A stretch of DNA of 64,000 bases from Cyanobacteria bacterium P01_D01_bin.156 (GCA_039024555.1 JBCCQQ010000010.1:1-64000); one strand, 5' to 3'. Shown: positions 50,323 to 61,072, numbered from the stretch's first letter. The notes: generated from the letters alone by a model not told the origin. Program-made: numbers and translations.

Positions 50323-53300
50323 TTACTTCTCCTCATGCTTAGTAATCGCCAGGGTGACTTCGCCAGTGTTGTCATCTGGGTAAGTATCCACAAAAAAGGC
50401 ACAGAGGGTAGCGGGTTCTCTAACGGTGAGTGTCAGACTATCGTCATAACCGTTGAGGGTAGTCCACGTAGTGCTAACCGGTATTCCTGTTTGGGGATTG
50501 ATGACAGTGCCACCGTGAATCCATAGAATTACAAAAGGCTCACCGGGGTGACTGTCATCGCCATCGTAGTTAAAGACGCCATCCTTGATTTTCAGACTGT
50601 ATAAACCTGGTGACAGATAGTGCGTACTCGCCACAGTGTGTTCGATATGGTGCAGCTGATGTGCATCGAACATAAGGGCATTTTTACGACTGTGAACTTT
50701 AACAGTTTGGCCCTGGTCCTTGTCAGTCTGGCTTAGGGCTAGGCCACCGGCCATAGCGGCTCCAACGGCGGCCATATCAGTGGCGCTTACCCCGGTGTCT
50801 CCATCTTTAGTTTCATCAGAAGTGCTGACGTCAGGTGTCTGAAGTGGCTTGATGACGTTGGAACGGGCCAGCATGAGCCAGTCACCACCCGGTGCTTGGT
50901 AACCGACCTCTGCCAAGTAATCACTATCCCCATTGGGTAGGGGGACTGTGCGATCGCAATCTGCTTCAGCCAAATCGTAGGTTAGCGTGCTCTTAGGAGA
51001 CTGTTGATTAATATCCACATCAGTCACATCATGGATTCGCAGCTGATACGTTTGGCCGCCCTCAGCTTTGACCGCAGTTTTTGCCGCTTCTGGCACATCC
51101 CAGACAGCGTATGCCTTTTGTGAAGACTGGGACGACAGTTTAATACTGCTGGACGGTACTGAAACATCCTCGCCAGAGGGCTGATCGTTTTTGTTACCCA
51201 TGGCTGCAGCGCCAGCCACGCCAGCCACAGCCCCTCCCAAAATAGCGGCACCTGGAATACCTGACTGGGCAACCTGCAGTGGCTCAGACTGGGCTAAAGG
51301 CAGCCATCTTCCCTCAGCGGTTTGGTAGCCCACAGCTGCCATGTAGTTGCGATCCGCAGCCGGAAGGGCAAACTCCGCATCCACATCCTGGTCAGAACAT
51401 TCCACCTGAGCAGCGGGTTCTGGTAGGTCTGCCCCAGGCTGATAGTCCGTAACATCGTAGAGCTTAGCCACCATCGTTTCTCCCCCCTGACGGCGTGCTG
51501 CCGCTAGGGACTCTGAGGGAATGTCCCACTGAGCATGCAGCCGCTTGCCATTGGGACTGGCTAACAATAGCTCACCAGGATGACCAGAGATTAGTTCTAA
51601 ATCGGTTTTAGTAGCCGCTTCGTTGGCCGCCTTATCCTTACCGCCCAGCTTAGCCGCGCCCAAAGCCGCAGCACCAGCCAGAGCGGCACCAGCCCCCATG
51701 GCACCCAAGTTAGGACCCTTAGGCGCAGCCCCATCAACGCCCAGCTGCATGGGGACCCGTACCGGATCAGATTTAACAATCGGTAGCCACTTTTTATCAG
51801 CACTCAGATAGCCAAGTTCTGCACAGTAGCTGCGATCGTCCGCCTGAATGGGGATGTGTAGGTCTGGATGCTCTTCAATACAGGGATATTCCCCCACAGG
51901 TGCTGGCAAGGGGCCTTGTTTCGGTCGGCCGGTTACATCGTAAACGCGTAGGGTCAAGTCTTTGCCTCCCTCGCGCTTAACTGCTGCTAGCTTCTCCTGG
52001 GGAACTTCCCAGTAAGCATAGGCATTCTGGCCATCACGGGGAGTGAGTACCAGTCGGGACTTATCCAGGGCCCCAGCAGCGCCGACCGCCGCCGCTCCGG
52101 CCGCTGCCGCTCCGGCGACTCCGGCAGTCGCGGCTCCGGCCCCAGCTGCTGGGGCTGCGGCCCCACCACCTTTCTTTAGCAACCACCACAGCAACCCTCC
52201 CAGCACAGGAATGGCAAATAATGGCAAAATCCACCAGGGGAAGCCGCCACGTCCAGCTGCTTCAGCACCTGCAGCCGCTACCACATCGGCATCAGAAGGT
52301 GCAGCGGTGGGTGGCGTATCTATAGGGGCGGCTGCCGAATCAGTCCCTGTGGCTGCATCAGTGCCAGCGGCATCAGCCGTTGCAGCTTCGGGATCGGTTG
52401 CGACCGCTGTGCCGTCATCTGCGGCAGCTGTGTCGCTATCTGCGACCGCTGTGTCGCCATCTACGGCTGCACCAATCACTTCTTCTCCAGGGTTAGACGT
52501 TGCGAAACCAAGGAAGGCAAGCGTAGCTGGATCAGCGTCTGCCTTGTAAACAAAGGCTCGATACTGAGAGTAAGGATAACGAGGATCGTCTGGCAGAGTC
52601 TTATGCATTGGAATGATGCGGACATCATCACGTTCTAGCACTTGGGAAACCACCGAGTAGCCAATACCATCCTCACCCAGAGCGTTGATGACAGTCTCTG
52701 TTTCATCGTCATCAATGGGTGCTGCTGTCGCACCTGTCTCAAAGGGTTTTCCCTCAAATACGGTGTAGGTACTGAGGGCGCGGCGGGTATCGCTATAGTC
52801 TGGACGATCAACAAAGCGAATGGGTAAATCAGGACCGCCTAGCGCTGACCAATTGGTAATGTCTCCACGAAAAATCTGAGCAAATTGCTCAAAGGTCAGG
52901 TCCCCTTCAAAGGGGTTTTCTGGCCCTACGATAATTGCCAGCTTTTCCCGTTGCTCCAGGGGAACTTCCACCACACCCTGATTTCTTTCTTCCTGGGTTA
53001 GGGGACGACCAGAGGACAGCACGTCAATGTCCCCATTAATCAGTGCTTCAAACGCCTCATCGGTGCGGCTGGCGTCTAGCTCCACATCCACATTGGGATA
53101 CTGCTGCTCAAATCGACCTTCTAGTTCTTCGTTTGTCAGCCGCATACTGGTGGAACCATCCACCCTTAAGGTCGTACCGTCGGGCAATGACCCGGGAATT
53201 GGAAAGCTTTCGGGCACTTCTCCAAAAGCTTGGGCCTGAGCCTGACGAGAAAAACTTTCACCAACGGCCTGAGACACCGTTGCCGCTATCAGACAGGTGG

Positions 53301-53334
53301 TCGCGAATTTGATCAAGGACATTTTGCGATACAC
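50323..53334 (-). CDS. PstS-like periplasmic binding domain - TM - three DUF4912-like repeats - conserved C-terminal beta domain
   Basis: RVDGSTSM and IFRGDITNWSALGG (PBP); WW-containing TM; repeats AYAYWEV / LHAQWDI / AYAVWDV, each followed by [LV]xDVT and Y.A..GY. Confidence 0.85.
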   Translation of the reverse strand: MYRKMSLIKFATTCLIAATVSQAVGESFSRQAQAQAFGEVPESFPIPGSLPDGTTLRVDGSTSMRLTNEELEGRFEQQYPNVDVELDASRTDEAFEALINGDIDVLSSGRPLTQEERNQGVVEVPLEQREKLAIIVGPENPFEGDLTFEQFAQIFRGDITNWSALGGPDLPIRFVDRPDYSDTRRALSTYTVFEGKPFETGATAAPIDDDETETVINALGEDGIGYSVVSQVLERDDVRIIPMHKTLPDDPRYPYSQYRAFVYKADADPATLAFLGFATSNPGEEVIGAAVDGDTAVADSDTAAADDGTAVATDPEAATADAAGTDAATGTDSAAAPIDTPPTAAPSDADVVAAAGAEAAGRGGFPWWILPLFAIPVLGGLLWWLLKKGGGAAAPAAGAGAATAGVAGAAAAGAAAVGAAGALDKSRLVLTPRDGQNAYAYWEVPQEKLAAVKREGGKDLTLRVYDVTGRPKQGPLPAPVGEYPCIEEHPDLHIPIQADDRSYCAELGYLSADKKWLPIVKSDPVRVPMQLGVDGAAPKGPNLGAMGAGAALAGAAALGAAKLGGKDKAANEAATKTDLELISGHPGELLLASPNGKRLHAQWDIPSESLAAARRQGGETMVAKLYDVTDYQPGADLPEPAAQVECSDQDVDAEFALPAADRNYMAAVGYQTAEGRWLPLAQSEPLQVAQSGIPGAAILGGAVAGVAGAAAMGNKNDQPSGEDVSVPSSSIKLSSQSSQKAYAVWDVPEAAKTAVKAEGGQTYQLRIHDVTDVDINQQSPKSTLTYDLAEADCDRTVPLPNGDSDYLAEVGYQAPGGDWLMLARSNVIKPLQTPDVSTSDETKDGDTGVSATDMAAVGAAMAGGLALSQTDKDQGQTVKVHSRKNALMFDAHQLHHIEHTVASTHYLSPGLYSLKIKDGVFNYDGDDSHPGEPFVILWIHGGTVINPQTGIPVSTTWTTLNGYDDSLTLTVREPATLCAFFVDTYPDDNTGEVTLAITKHEEK

Positions 53335-53456
53335 GATTTTGTTCCCAACTAAGTAGACGGCACAAGGACGATTTCAAAAGAGCGTAGAGAATGCGAGATG
53401 CACTGAATGCGACTAACAATGATTTTTATGGGTGACGGATAACTGAGATCGATTGA

Positions 53457-53849
53457 CTAAATGGCAGTCACCGAAAGGGTTAACTCTCCACCGTGGTTTC
53501 CTGTGCTGGTATCGAAGAGCAGAGCACAGAGAGTTGCAGGTTCAAGCACCTCCAAAATCAGTTCATCGGTGTAGCCGTTAAGGGACGCCCAAGTAGCGAC
53601 CACCTCAGTATCCGTCTGTTTATTGATTACCTTGCCACCGTAAATCCATAGCAGGACCCAGGGTTCGGCTTGATCGCCAATACCAGTGACATAGGGCGTG
53701 TCGCCTTCTAGCAGTTTGATCCGATTAGTTCCAGGTTGCAGGTTCACTGACACCCCGTTATCTTGAATCGCCGTCATCTGTTCGGGGCTCAGACGATAGC
53801 AATTGTGCTGACTGTGGACCTTGATCTCTGCAACTACACCGCTTTCCAT
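53457..53849 (-). CDS. Stand-alone homolog of the C-terminal domain of the downstream PBP/DUF4912 protein
   Basis: Shares KVHS, EP.V.LWI.GG.VIN, W..LNGY, EPATLCA and G..TL motifs with that protein. Confidence 0.85.
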   Translation of the reverse strand: MESGVVAEIKVHSQHNCYRLSPEQMTAIQDNGVSVNLQPGTNRIKLLEGDTPYVTGIGDQAEPWVLLWIYGGKVINKQTDTEVVATWASLNGYTDELILEVLEPATLCALLFDTSTGNHGGELTLSVTAI

Positions 53850-54249
53850 GATTCCAGCTTCCTTTGATGTCTCAGTGAAGAACTTACAGGCCCGTGCTTA
53901 AGGGTAAATAAAGTTGTCTGTGGATTTGGTCAAATGTGAGTCCGTTGCTGAGCCAAATCATGATTTCTTTCTGAAAGATGCTGACATAGGGCAGACCGCA
54001 CAGATTGATTCATAAACCAGCAACGACGGGGGTAATTTCCCATTAGCAGGAGCTTATGAGAATCACCATTGTCAAACCATAGACCGAATCATTTTCTAGA
54101 ATAATCTTCCTTAACAATAAAAAAGGATCGTATAGCCGTACATAAGCAAACCAGATAGATGAAATCTCCACACATCTAAAAGAGCAGATCGTAAGTACTA
54201 AAGATCGCATGTACTTGTTATCTTAGATGCAGGCTGTCAAGCTACATCA

Positions 54250-57237
54250 ATGATTCCGAAGCGGCTAACCCTAATTAATTTTCTGAGTTATCGAGACGTG
54301 ACTCTCGATTTTTCAGGGCTGCACGTGGCTTGTATTTGCGGGGCAAACGGTGCAGGTAAGTCTTCTTTGTTGGAGGCTATGGGCTGGGTCGTGTGGGGCC
54401 ACAGCCGAGTTGCCACCGATGATGATGTAATTCACTTAGGGGCCAAAGAGGTCAAAGTTGAATTTCTTTTTGAGCATCAGGGACAGGTATACCGTATCCT
54501 GCGGGGCCGGCGACGGCGACAGGGTGGTTTTTTAGAATTTCAAATTGAGACAACTGAAGGATTTCGCAGTTTAACCCAGCGAGGGATGCGGGCAACGCAG
54601 CAACTGATTTTGCAGCATCTTAAGGTGGACTACGAAACGTTTATTCATTCAGCCTATTTGCGCCAGGGACGTGCGGATGAATTTATGCTGCGACGTCCAG
54701 GGGAGCGTAAGCAAATTTTGGCGGATTTGCTAAAGCTCAGTCAGTATGACCGCTTGGTGGAAAAGGCCCGAGACCGCTGTCGTAGCTACCAAGCTGAAAT
54801 TAAGGTGCTGGAGACAGCGCTGGTCCAGGCGGAAGAAACCTTGGCCCAGCGTAGTGCGATCGCAACTCACCATCAAACCCTGCAATCCCAAACCAGTCAG
54901 CAGCAAGAACAGCAGCAGACGACCCAGCAGATTCTTGACCAGCTGCGACAGCAGCAGGGTCAATGGCAGCAGCAGCAACAAGCCCTAAGCCATATCCAGC
55001 AACGTTTGCACCATCTACAGCAGCAGCAAAGTCAGCTGCAATCAGAATTGCTGCATTTACAGCAGCAGGGTCAAACCTTACAAACCGAGCTGGATCATGC
55101 CGTTGTGATTGAAGCGGGGTACGAACAACTACAAAAACAGCAGCAGGTAGAGATCGCCTACAGTCAGCGATTACCCCAATATCAGCAGGCCCAACAACAG
55201 CGTATGGAGCTCCTGGGTCAGCACCAGCGCGATCGCACCCATTTAGAAACGGCAATCCACCACGAAGAACGCCACCTGACATCCCTAGATGAAACCATTG
55301 CCGAACTGAAGCACGGTCAGCATCAGCGGGAAACCGTGGAAGTCACCCTGCAGCAGCTCCACCAGGCCCGGCGACAGTTGCGCAATCTGGATCAGCGTCA
55401 GGTGGAGATAGCTCCTCTGCAACAGCGTCGTCAGCAGGTGCACACCCAGCTTAAGCAGGCATCTGCCCGGTTAGAGGCTCGTCTAGAAGCCATTAGCCAA
55501 ACTCAGGCCACCTTAGCAGTGGAGCATCCGCCGGACCTACCCAAAACCTTGGCTGAAGTGCAGCATCAGCTTGTCTATCTGGAGCAGCGACGGGCTTACC
55601 AGGCTCAGGTAAGGCAAAAGGGACAGGAACGTCGAGACTTTATGGCCCTTTTGCAGACAGAGCAGCGTCAGTGTGAAGAACAGCTAGTGCAAGTGGACCA
55701 GAGGTTAGAACTTTTGAATCAGCCGGATGCCCACTGTCCCCTATGTGAACAACCTCTGACAGACCATGGTCCCCAGGTTTTAGAGCAGCTAAATCAGGAA
55801 CGAGAAACACTCCAGCAACGCATCTGGGGGATTCGGGAACAGCTCACTACCTCAGAGCGAGAGATTCAGGTACTGCGCCAGGAGTATCGTCAGCTGGAGA
55901 CAGAATTGGAACAGTACAGCCAAGTTCTACAGGAGCACGGCGCTCTACAGTCTCAACTGTCCGCCGCTGCCGAAGCCCAAACCCGGCTGCAGGCCCTAGA
56001 GCAGGAGCGCAACCATCTGGAGCAATGTTTAGATTCAGAAGACTATGGAACAGAGCTACAGCAGGAATATCAACAGCTAAAACAGCAAATTGCTCAGCTA
56101 GCCTATGATGAACGAGACCATGCCCTGGCTCGTAACCAGGTAGAGAAGCTGCGCTGGGCAGAATTTAAACAAGCAGAACTGGTTCAGGCTGAAAGACAAT
56201 TGGACCAGCTACAGGAAAAACGACGGTTGGCGGAGCAAGCCTTGTGTGAGTTAAAAACTCGACTGCTGCAGTTTGAGCAACCGCCTGACGACCTGTTGGC
56301 CCTGGATAAAACGCTGGCGGCCCTGGACTACGATCCTGAAGAACACCAGCGGCTACGGCAGCAGTTGCAAGCACTCTCCCAATGGCAGCTGCGCTATCAA
56401 ACGTTGCAACAGGCTCGGGCCACCTTGCCAACGTTAGACGAACGACGGCAGACGTTACTGCAAGCCCAGGCAGAGTATCAGCAGGAATGTCAACAGCTCC
56501 AGACCCAGCTGGATGCCATTAATGCTGACCTGCTACCAAATGTTAGTGAAAAAATTCAGGATTTGGAGATTACCCTGGCCCAGCTACAGGTTCAGCGTGA
56601 AGCACAACTGAGTCGGCTGGGGCGGTTGGAGCAGCAGCTCACTCAGTTAGATAGCTTGCAGCAGCAAACCGACGAACAGCGGCAACAACTGCATCAATAT
56701 CGTCATCAGTTCAAGGTGTACCAGGAGCTACAGCAAGCCTTTGGGAAAAATGGCATCCAGGCGCTGATGATTGAAAACCTGCTGCCCCAGCTAGAGGCGG
56801 AAACAAATCAGATTTTGGGACGCCTCAGCGCGCACCAGCTCCATGTGCAGTTTGTGACCCAGCGTTCGGGGCGTACTGACCGTAAGAGGCTGATCGATAC
56901 GTTAGATATTCTGGTGGCGGATACCCAGGGCACCCGAGCCTATGAGACTTACTCTGGCGGTGAAGCATTTCGGGTCAACTTTGCAATTCGCCTGGCCCTA
57001 GCACGGCTGCTGGCCCAGCGGTCTGGACTGGCACTGCAGATGCTGATTATTGATGAGGGGTTTGGCACCCAAGATAAGGCAGGATGCGATCGCTTAGTGG
57101 CCGCGATTAATGCGATCGCTCCAGACTTTGCCTGTATTTTGTCCGTTACTCACATGCCCCACTTTCGTGAAGCATTTCAGACCCGTATTGATGTTACAAA
57201 AACTGAAATGGGCTCCCAGGTAAGAATATCGGGCTAG
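54250..57237 (+). CDS. sbcC: SbcC/Rad50 exonuclease ATPase subunit
   Basis: Walker A GANGAGKS, long coiled coil, CPLC zinc hook, YSGGE signature and DEGFG. Confidence 0.94.
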   Translation: MIPKRLTLINFLSYRDVTLDFSGLHVACICGANGAGKSSLLEAMGWVVWGHSRVATDDDVIHLGAKEVKVEFLFEHQGQVYRILRGRRRRQGGFLEFQIETTEGFRSLTQRGMRATQQLILQHLKVDYETFIHSAYLRQGRADEFMLRRPGERKQILADLLKLSQYDRLVEKARDRCRSYQAEIKVLETALVQAEETLAQRSAIATHHQTLQSQTSQQQEQQQTTQQILDQLRQQQGQWQQQQQALSHIQQRLHHLQQQQSQLQSELLHLQQQGQTLQTELDHAVVIEAGYEQLQKQQQVEIAYSQRLPQYQQAQQQRMELLGQHQRDRTHLETAIHHEERHLTSLDETIAELKHGQHQRETVEVTLQQLHQARRQLRNLDQRQVEIAPLQQRRQQVHTQLKQASARLEARLEAISQTQATLAVEHPPDLPKTLAEVQHQLVYLEQRRAYQAQVRQKGQERRDFMALLQTEQRQCEEQLVQVDQRLELLNQPDAHCPLCEQPLTDHGPQVLEQLNQERETLQQRIWGIREQLTTSEREIQVLRQEYRQLETELEQYSQVLQEHGALQSQLSAAAEAQTRLQALEQERNHLEQCLDSEDYGTELQQEYQQLKQQIAQLAYDERDHALARNQVEKLRWAEFKQAELVQAERQLDQLQEKRRLAEQALCELKTRLLQFEQPPDDLLALDKTLAALDYDPEEHQRLRQQLQALSQWQLRYQTLQQARATLPTLDERRQTLLQAQAEYQQECQQLQTQLDAINADLLPNVSEKIQDLEITLAQLQVQREAQLSRLGRLEQQLTQLDSLQQQTDEQRQQLHQYRHQFKVYQELQQAFGKNGIQALMIENLLPQLEAETNQILGRLSAHQLHVQFVTQRSGRTDRKRLIDTLDILVADTQGTRAYETYSGGEAFRVNFAIRLALARLLAQRSGLALQMLIIDEGFGTQDKAGCDRLVAAINAIAPDFACILSVTHMPHFREAFQTRIDVTKTEMGSQVRISG

Positions 57238-57617
57238 ATAGTAAGCGATAGGGGCAATTAAGGTATGTGTGGTTTCGTCACAGATATGACATAAAATAAC
57301 CACAGGTTTTCGTGATTTTGTAGTCTATGTAACAGCCTCGTTGACCACGTAAGTTCCAGTTTGCCAAATTGTTGTTCCGAGAAAACAGATTTTTGGCAAT
57401 TGTGGCGATGAGGCCTTTAATTTTTAGAGAATGAGAATATTTGTCGCTGACAGAGAGCCAGCACTGGTTCTGTTAAAGAAAAAATATGACCGAGTGATTC
57501 GAGAGTGCGACAGCCAGTATTGCGAACATCTCAGGTGGATCTTTAACCATCCTAATGTCTAGGTAACTTAGTTCAATCGCTCGGTACCCTAGGCGATGCA
57601 GTCCGCCATAGCATTTT

Positions 57618-59054
57618 ATGCAAGTCCAAACACCCGACTGGGTTAAGCATGCCGTCTTCTACCAAATTTTTCCCGATCGCTTTGCCCGTACCCAGCGGCA
57701 GCCTTTACCCCCAGCTATGCATGTCCCTCTAGAGGCGTGGGATGCACCACCTACGTTGGAGGGCTATAAGGGCGGTGATCTGTGGGGAGTGGCAGAAAAC
57801 TTAGACTATCTGAAAGACCTAGGGGTAAATGCCATTTACTTTACCCCCATTTTTCAGTCCGCCAGTAACCACCGTTATCACACCCACGACTACTACCAGG
57901 TAGATCCGTTGCTGGGGGGCAATGAAGCCTTTGCCGATTTGTTGAAAGCGGCCCACCAAAGAGAGATTAAAGTTGTTCTCGATGGGGTGTTTAACCATGC
58001 CAGTCGGGGCTTCTTTTTCTTTAACGATATTCTCGAAAATGGGCCTAGCTCCCCCTGGCTTGACTGGTTCAAGATAGAAGGCTGGCCCCTGTCTGCCTAC
58101 GATGGAGCAAAACCCGCCAACTATGAGAGCTGGTGGGACAATCGAGCCCTGCCGGAGTTTAACCACGACAATCCCCAGGTGCGGGAATACATTATGCAAA
58201 TAGCCGAGTACTGGCTGCGTCAGGGAATTGACGGCTGGCGGCTGGATGTTCCCTTCGACGTTAAAGCAGATGGATTCTGGCAAGAGTTCCGAGAACGGGT
58301 AAAGGCCGTTAACCCAGAAGCCTACATTGTGGGAGAGATTTGGACCGATGCTCGACAGTGGTTGGATGGTACTCAGTTTGACGGGGTGATGAACTATCTG
58401 TTTACTGGACCCGCTCTAGCGTTTACGGCCAAAGACAACGTAGTTATGAAACTGGTGGAGCAGCCGGCCTATTTTCCCTATCCTGCTTTAGATGCCCAGG
58501 GCTATGGGACAAAGATAGATGAGTTGTTGGCATTGTATCCGTGGGAGATTCAACTGACCCAGCTAAATCTGTTGTCTAGCCACGATGTTGCCCGTGCCCT
58601 AACGGTTATCAGTGACGATCAGACTAGTTTTGAGCTAGCCGTGCTGTTGCAGATGACCTTTCCAGGTGCTCCCAGTATCTACTACGGTGACGAAGTGGGG
58701 GTGGCGGGTGCCCACGATCCAGACTGTCGTCGTGGCTTTCCCGCAAGTGCTCAGTGGAATCAAGAACTACTCACACTCCACAAGGAACTGATTGCCCTAC
58801 GTCACGCTCACCCGGCTTTACGCACAGGCCGTTATAAAACGGTTGTAGCGGAGGGCGATACCTATGGCTTTGTCCGTAGTGAAGGGGGTGAAGCCTTACT
58901 GATTGTTATTAATACGGGTGAAACTGCACATCAGATTACGCTCTCGGATATGGAGTTAACCCCCCGCTTACTTTGGGGAACCGCTACTATTGACGCGGCT
59001 AATCATCGCCTTGAGGTGCCACCACGGGCAGGGGCCATCCTCATTGAGGACTAA
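57618..59054 (+). CDS. GH13 neopullulanase/cyclomaltodextrinase
   Basis: YQIFPDRF, DGVFNH, GWRLDV, GEIW, SSHD and YYGDE motifs. Confidence 0.92.
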   Translation: MQVQTPDWVKHAVFYQIFPDRFARTQRQPLPPAMHVPLEAWDAPPTLEGYKGGDLWGVAENLDYLKDLGVNAIYFTPIFQSASNHRYHTHDYYQVDPLLGGNEAFADLLKAAHQREIKVVLDGVFNHASRGFFFFNDILENGPSSPWLDWFKIEGWPLSAYDGAKPANYESWWDNRALPEFNHDNPQVREYIMQIAEYWLRQGIDGWRLDVPFDVKADGFWQEFRERVKAVNPEAYIVGEIWTDARQWLDGTQFDGVMNYLFTGPALAFTAKDNVVMKLVEQPAYFPYPALDAQGYGTKIDELLALYPWEIQLTQLNLLSSHDVARALTVISDDQTSFELAVLLQMTFPGAPSIYYGDEVGVAGAHDPDCRRGFPASAQWNQELLTLHKELIALRHAHPALRTGRYKTVVAEGDTYGFVRSEGGEALLIVINTGETAHQITLSDMELTPRLLWGTATIDAANHRLEVPPRAGAILIED

Positions 59055-59072
59055 TGGTAGTTATTAATGGGG

Positions 59073-59711
59073 TCAGTTACTTTGTAGCAGCCAAACATTT
59101 TCTGTGGCGGCACATTTTCCTTTAAGACCACCAGGCACCTGATTGCTGTTTAACAGATTTAATGTATAGCCGTTGTCATAGTGGTGGCAAACTTCCTCAG
59201 CGCTAATGGAAAATGGTGGGCCTTGCATTACGGTTTGGTCGTATTCGTAGCTGACGAGTAGCTGTGGTGCCGTAGCCGTAATCTCCATGAGATGGGTAGT
59301 ATATCGAGGACGTATCTCCTGGGGCAAGGCCACTAAAGCCGCTCTGTCGTAAATGGCATTGATGGAACCCAACATCGTGCTAGACAGATCAAAAATATTA
59401 CCGACAAAGATGTCGATATTTTCTGCGCTATAGCGTTTGAGTTTGCCAGTATCTGAAATGGTTGGCTCTACGTCAAGTTCTTGAAATAGCTGTTCAATGG
59501 CTATTTCGATTAATTCAGCTCCGGCAACCCGATAGCCACGGGATAAGAGCCAAGCAATGTCGAGGGTTTTGCCACAAAGCGGTACAAATACGCGGGCGCC
59601 CTCACTTAAAGCAAGCTTTTCGAAGTGATTGACCAATAGAGGATTTGCTTTACTTCTGTGGAACGCAATTTGATTTTGCTCCCACTTTTGACGCCAAAAA
59701 CCTGTGTCCAT
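59073..59711 (-). CDS. tpm: Thiopurine S-methyltransferase
   Basis: RVFVPLCGKTLD, YDRAALVAL and GPPFS motifs. Confidence 0.93.
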   Translation of the reverse strand: MDTGFWRQKWEQNQIAFHRSKANPLLVNHFEKLALSEGARVFVPLCGKTLDIAWLLSRGYRVAGAELIEIAIEQLFQELDVEPTISDTGKLKRYSAENIDIFVGNIFDLSSTMLGSINAIYDRAALVALPQEIRPRYTTHLMEITATAPQLLVSYEYDQTVMQGPPFSISAEEVCHHYDNGYTLNLLNSNQVPGGLKGKCAATENVWLLQSN

Positions 59712-59894
59712 ACTATTTGGGGCGTTGCCGACCGTTTGGATGATTTAATCCATCACATTCCGAGGATCGAATAGTTTTGTGGATCGCTCCATCCGTCAAG
59801 GCAGCAACGATTTATAGAATCTTGTTCTTTACCTGACCATTATGGACGATGTTTAGACCGTTTTGCCTGGTTCCGGCTGAACGATACAATCTCG

Positions 59895-60596
59895 ATGCAG
59901 GTGCCCCTCAAGAAACCAATGGCTGAACCCTCTAGTCCCAATCATGCTGTATTTAGTGAACAGACACTTCAACAGATGATGCAGCGGGCCAATATTTCTA
60001 GCCAACGGGCTTTGGCTGAGCAGGCAGGGGTTTCTCGCTGGCAGGTGCAACAGCTACGCCAAGGCAACATTGATACGATGCGGTTAGCGGTTCTCAAAAA
60101 ACTAGCGTTGGCGTTGGAGTGTGCCTTGTCTGAGTTATTAGACGCATTTGATTCAACCTCAACAGGGTTAGAAAAGACGACTGGAGACCCTAGTGAACAA
60201 AATGAAGTAACTCTCCTGCGACAGGAATATGCTCGCTTGGAACAACGGTTAGAACAACAAAGCCAGAGTCTAAAGACACAATTTCAAGCGGAGTCGTTGC
60301 AAGTATTGGAGTCTTGGCTAACCTATTGGCCTACAGCTGCTAAAGCTGCTGCCGAGCGCGATGGGTTTGATGCAAAAAAGCTATTGCCGCTGGTAAAACC
60401 TGTTGAGCGCCTGATGGAAACTTGGGATGTTATATCTATTGGTACGGTGGGTGAACAACTTCCCTATGATCCACAACAGCACCAGTTGGCCAGAGGGGTG
60501 GCCCAATCTGGTGAGCTGGTGCGTATTAGTCATGTAGGGTACCGTCACAGAGACAATCTGCTGCAGCGGACCAAAGTAGTCCCGATTACTCCTTAA
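59895..60596 (+). CDS. XRE-type HTH - coiled coil - GrpE-like C-terminal domain protein
   Basis: SQRALAEQAGVSRWQVQQL HTH; GEQLPYDPQQHQ...GYRHRDNLLQRTKV resembles the GrpE beta domain. Start may be 59919. Confidence 0.8.
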   Translation: MQVPLKKPMAEPSSPNHAVFSEQTLQQMMQRANISSQRALAEQAGVSRWQVQQLRQGNIDTMRLAVLKKLALALECALSELLDAFDSTSTGLEKTTGDPSEQNEVTLLRQEYARLEQRLEQQSQSLKTQFQAESLQVLESWLTYWPTAAKAAAERDGFDAKKLLPLVKPVERLMETWDVISIGTVGEQLPYDPQQHQLARGVAQSGELVRISHVGYRHRDNLLQRTKVVPITP

Positions 60597-60936
60597 AAGA
60601 ACACTCCACGGTGATTTGTAAGTTCGCTTCAGCACTGCCCTCTGTAATATAGGGAATACCTGCAGAACCAGCGATTTTAAGACCAAATTCCAGATTTACC
60701 TTATCTACATTGCCACTGCCTAATTCTTGGAAAGCATTGAGGACATATCGGGTGTATTGGGTAATGGTGTTTTTTACGGTGGGTAGCTGCTGTTGTATTG
60801 CCGATGAAGCGGAGCCCTTTGACACCCGCCCAGACTCACCACTGGTGCTTGGAGCTGTTGGTACATCATTACGATCCACAGCCTCAATATAGATCGTGGT
60901 GCCGTCGTCTAAGGTAATCGGTGCAAGTTGAGTCAT
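60586..60936 (-). CDS. CU044_2847 / trypsin-co-occurring (Trypco1-like) domain protein
   Basis: DDGTTIYIEA and VNLEFGLKIAGSAGIPYITEGSAEANLQITV motifs. Confidence 0.75.
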   Translation of the reverse strand: MTQLAPITLDDGTTIYIEAVDRNDVPTAPSTSGESGRVSKGSASSAIQQQLPTVKNTITQYTRYVLNAFQELGSGNVDKVNLEFGLKIAGSAGIPYITEGSAEANLQITVECSFKE

Positions 60937-61053
60937 TGTTTGTACTTAAGTAGATGCTGTTCTTTCTATACCCAGTTTGAAAGACTCACTATCGTTGATA
61001 TGAAAATGCAGTGGGTGAAGTTAGTCAGCTTTTAGACCATTTGCTTAACCATT

Positions 61054-61072
61054 ATTGAAAATATTTATTAAT
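61054..61072. promoter_or_regulatory. Fur-box-like site
   Basis: ATTGAAAATATTTATTAAT resembles ATTGAnAATnATTnTCAAT; a weaker copy lies at 61265-61283. Confidence 0.5.

Noticed and set aside
52043..52549. 168-aa Ala/Pro-rich plus-strand ORF, and other short overlapping ORFs in the track
   Set aside because: Antisense or alternate-frame shadows of well-supported genes, favoured by low-complexity or biased codons.
54250..57237. SbcC as an SMC-type defence system (Wadjet/Lamassu)
   Set aside because: Canonical Rad50/SbcC motifs and housekeeping neighbours, with no effector or partner genes adjacent.
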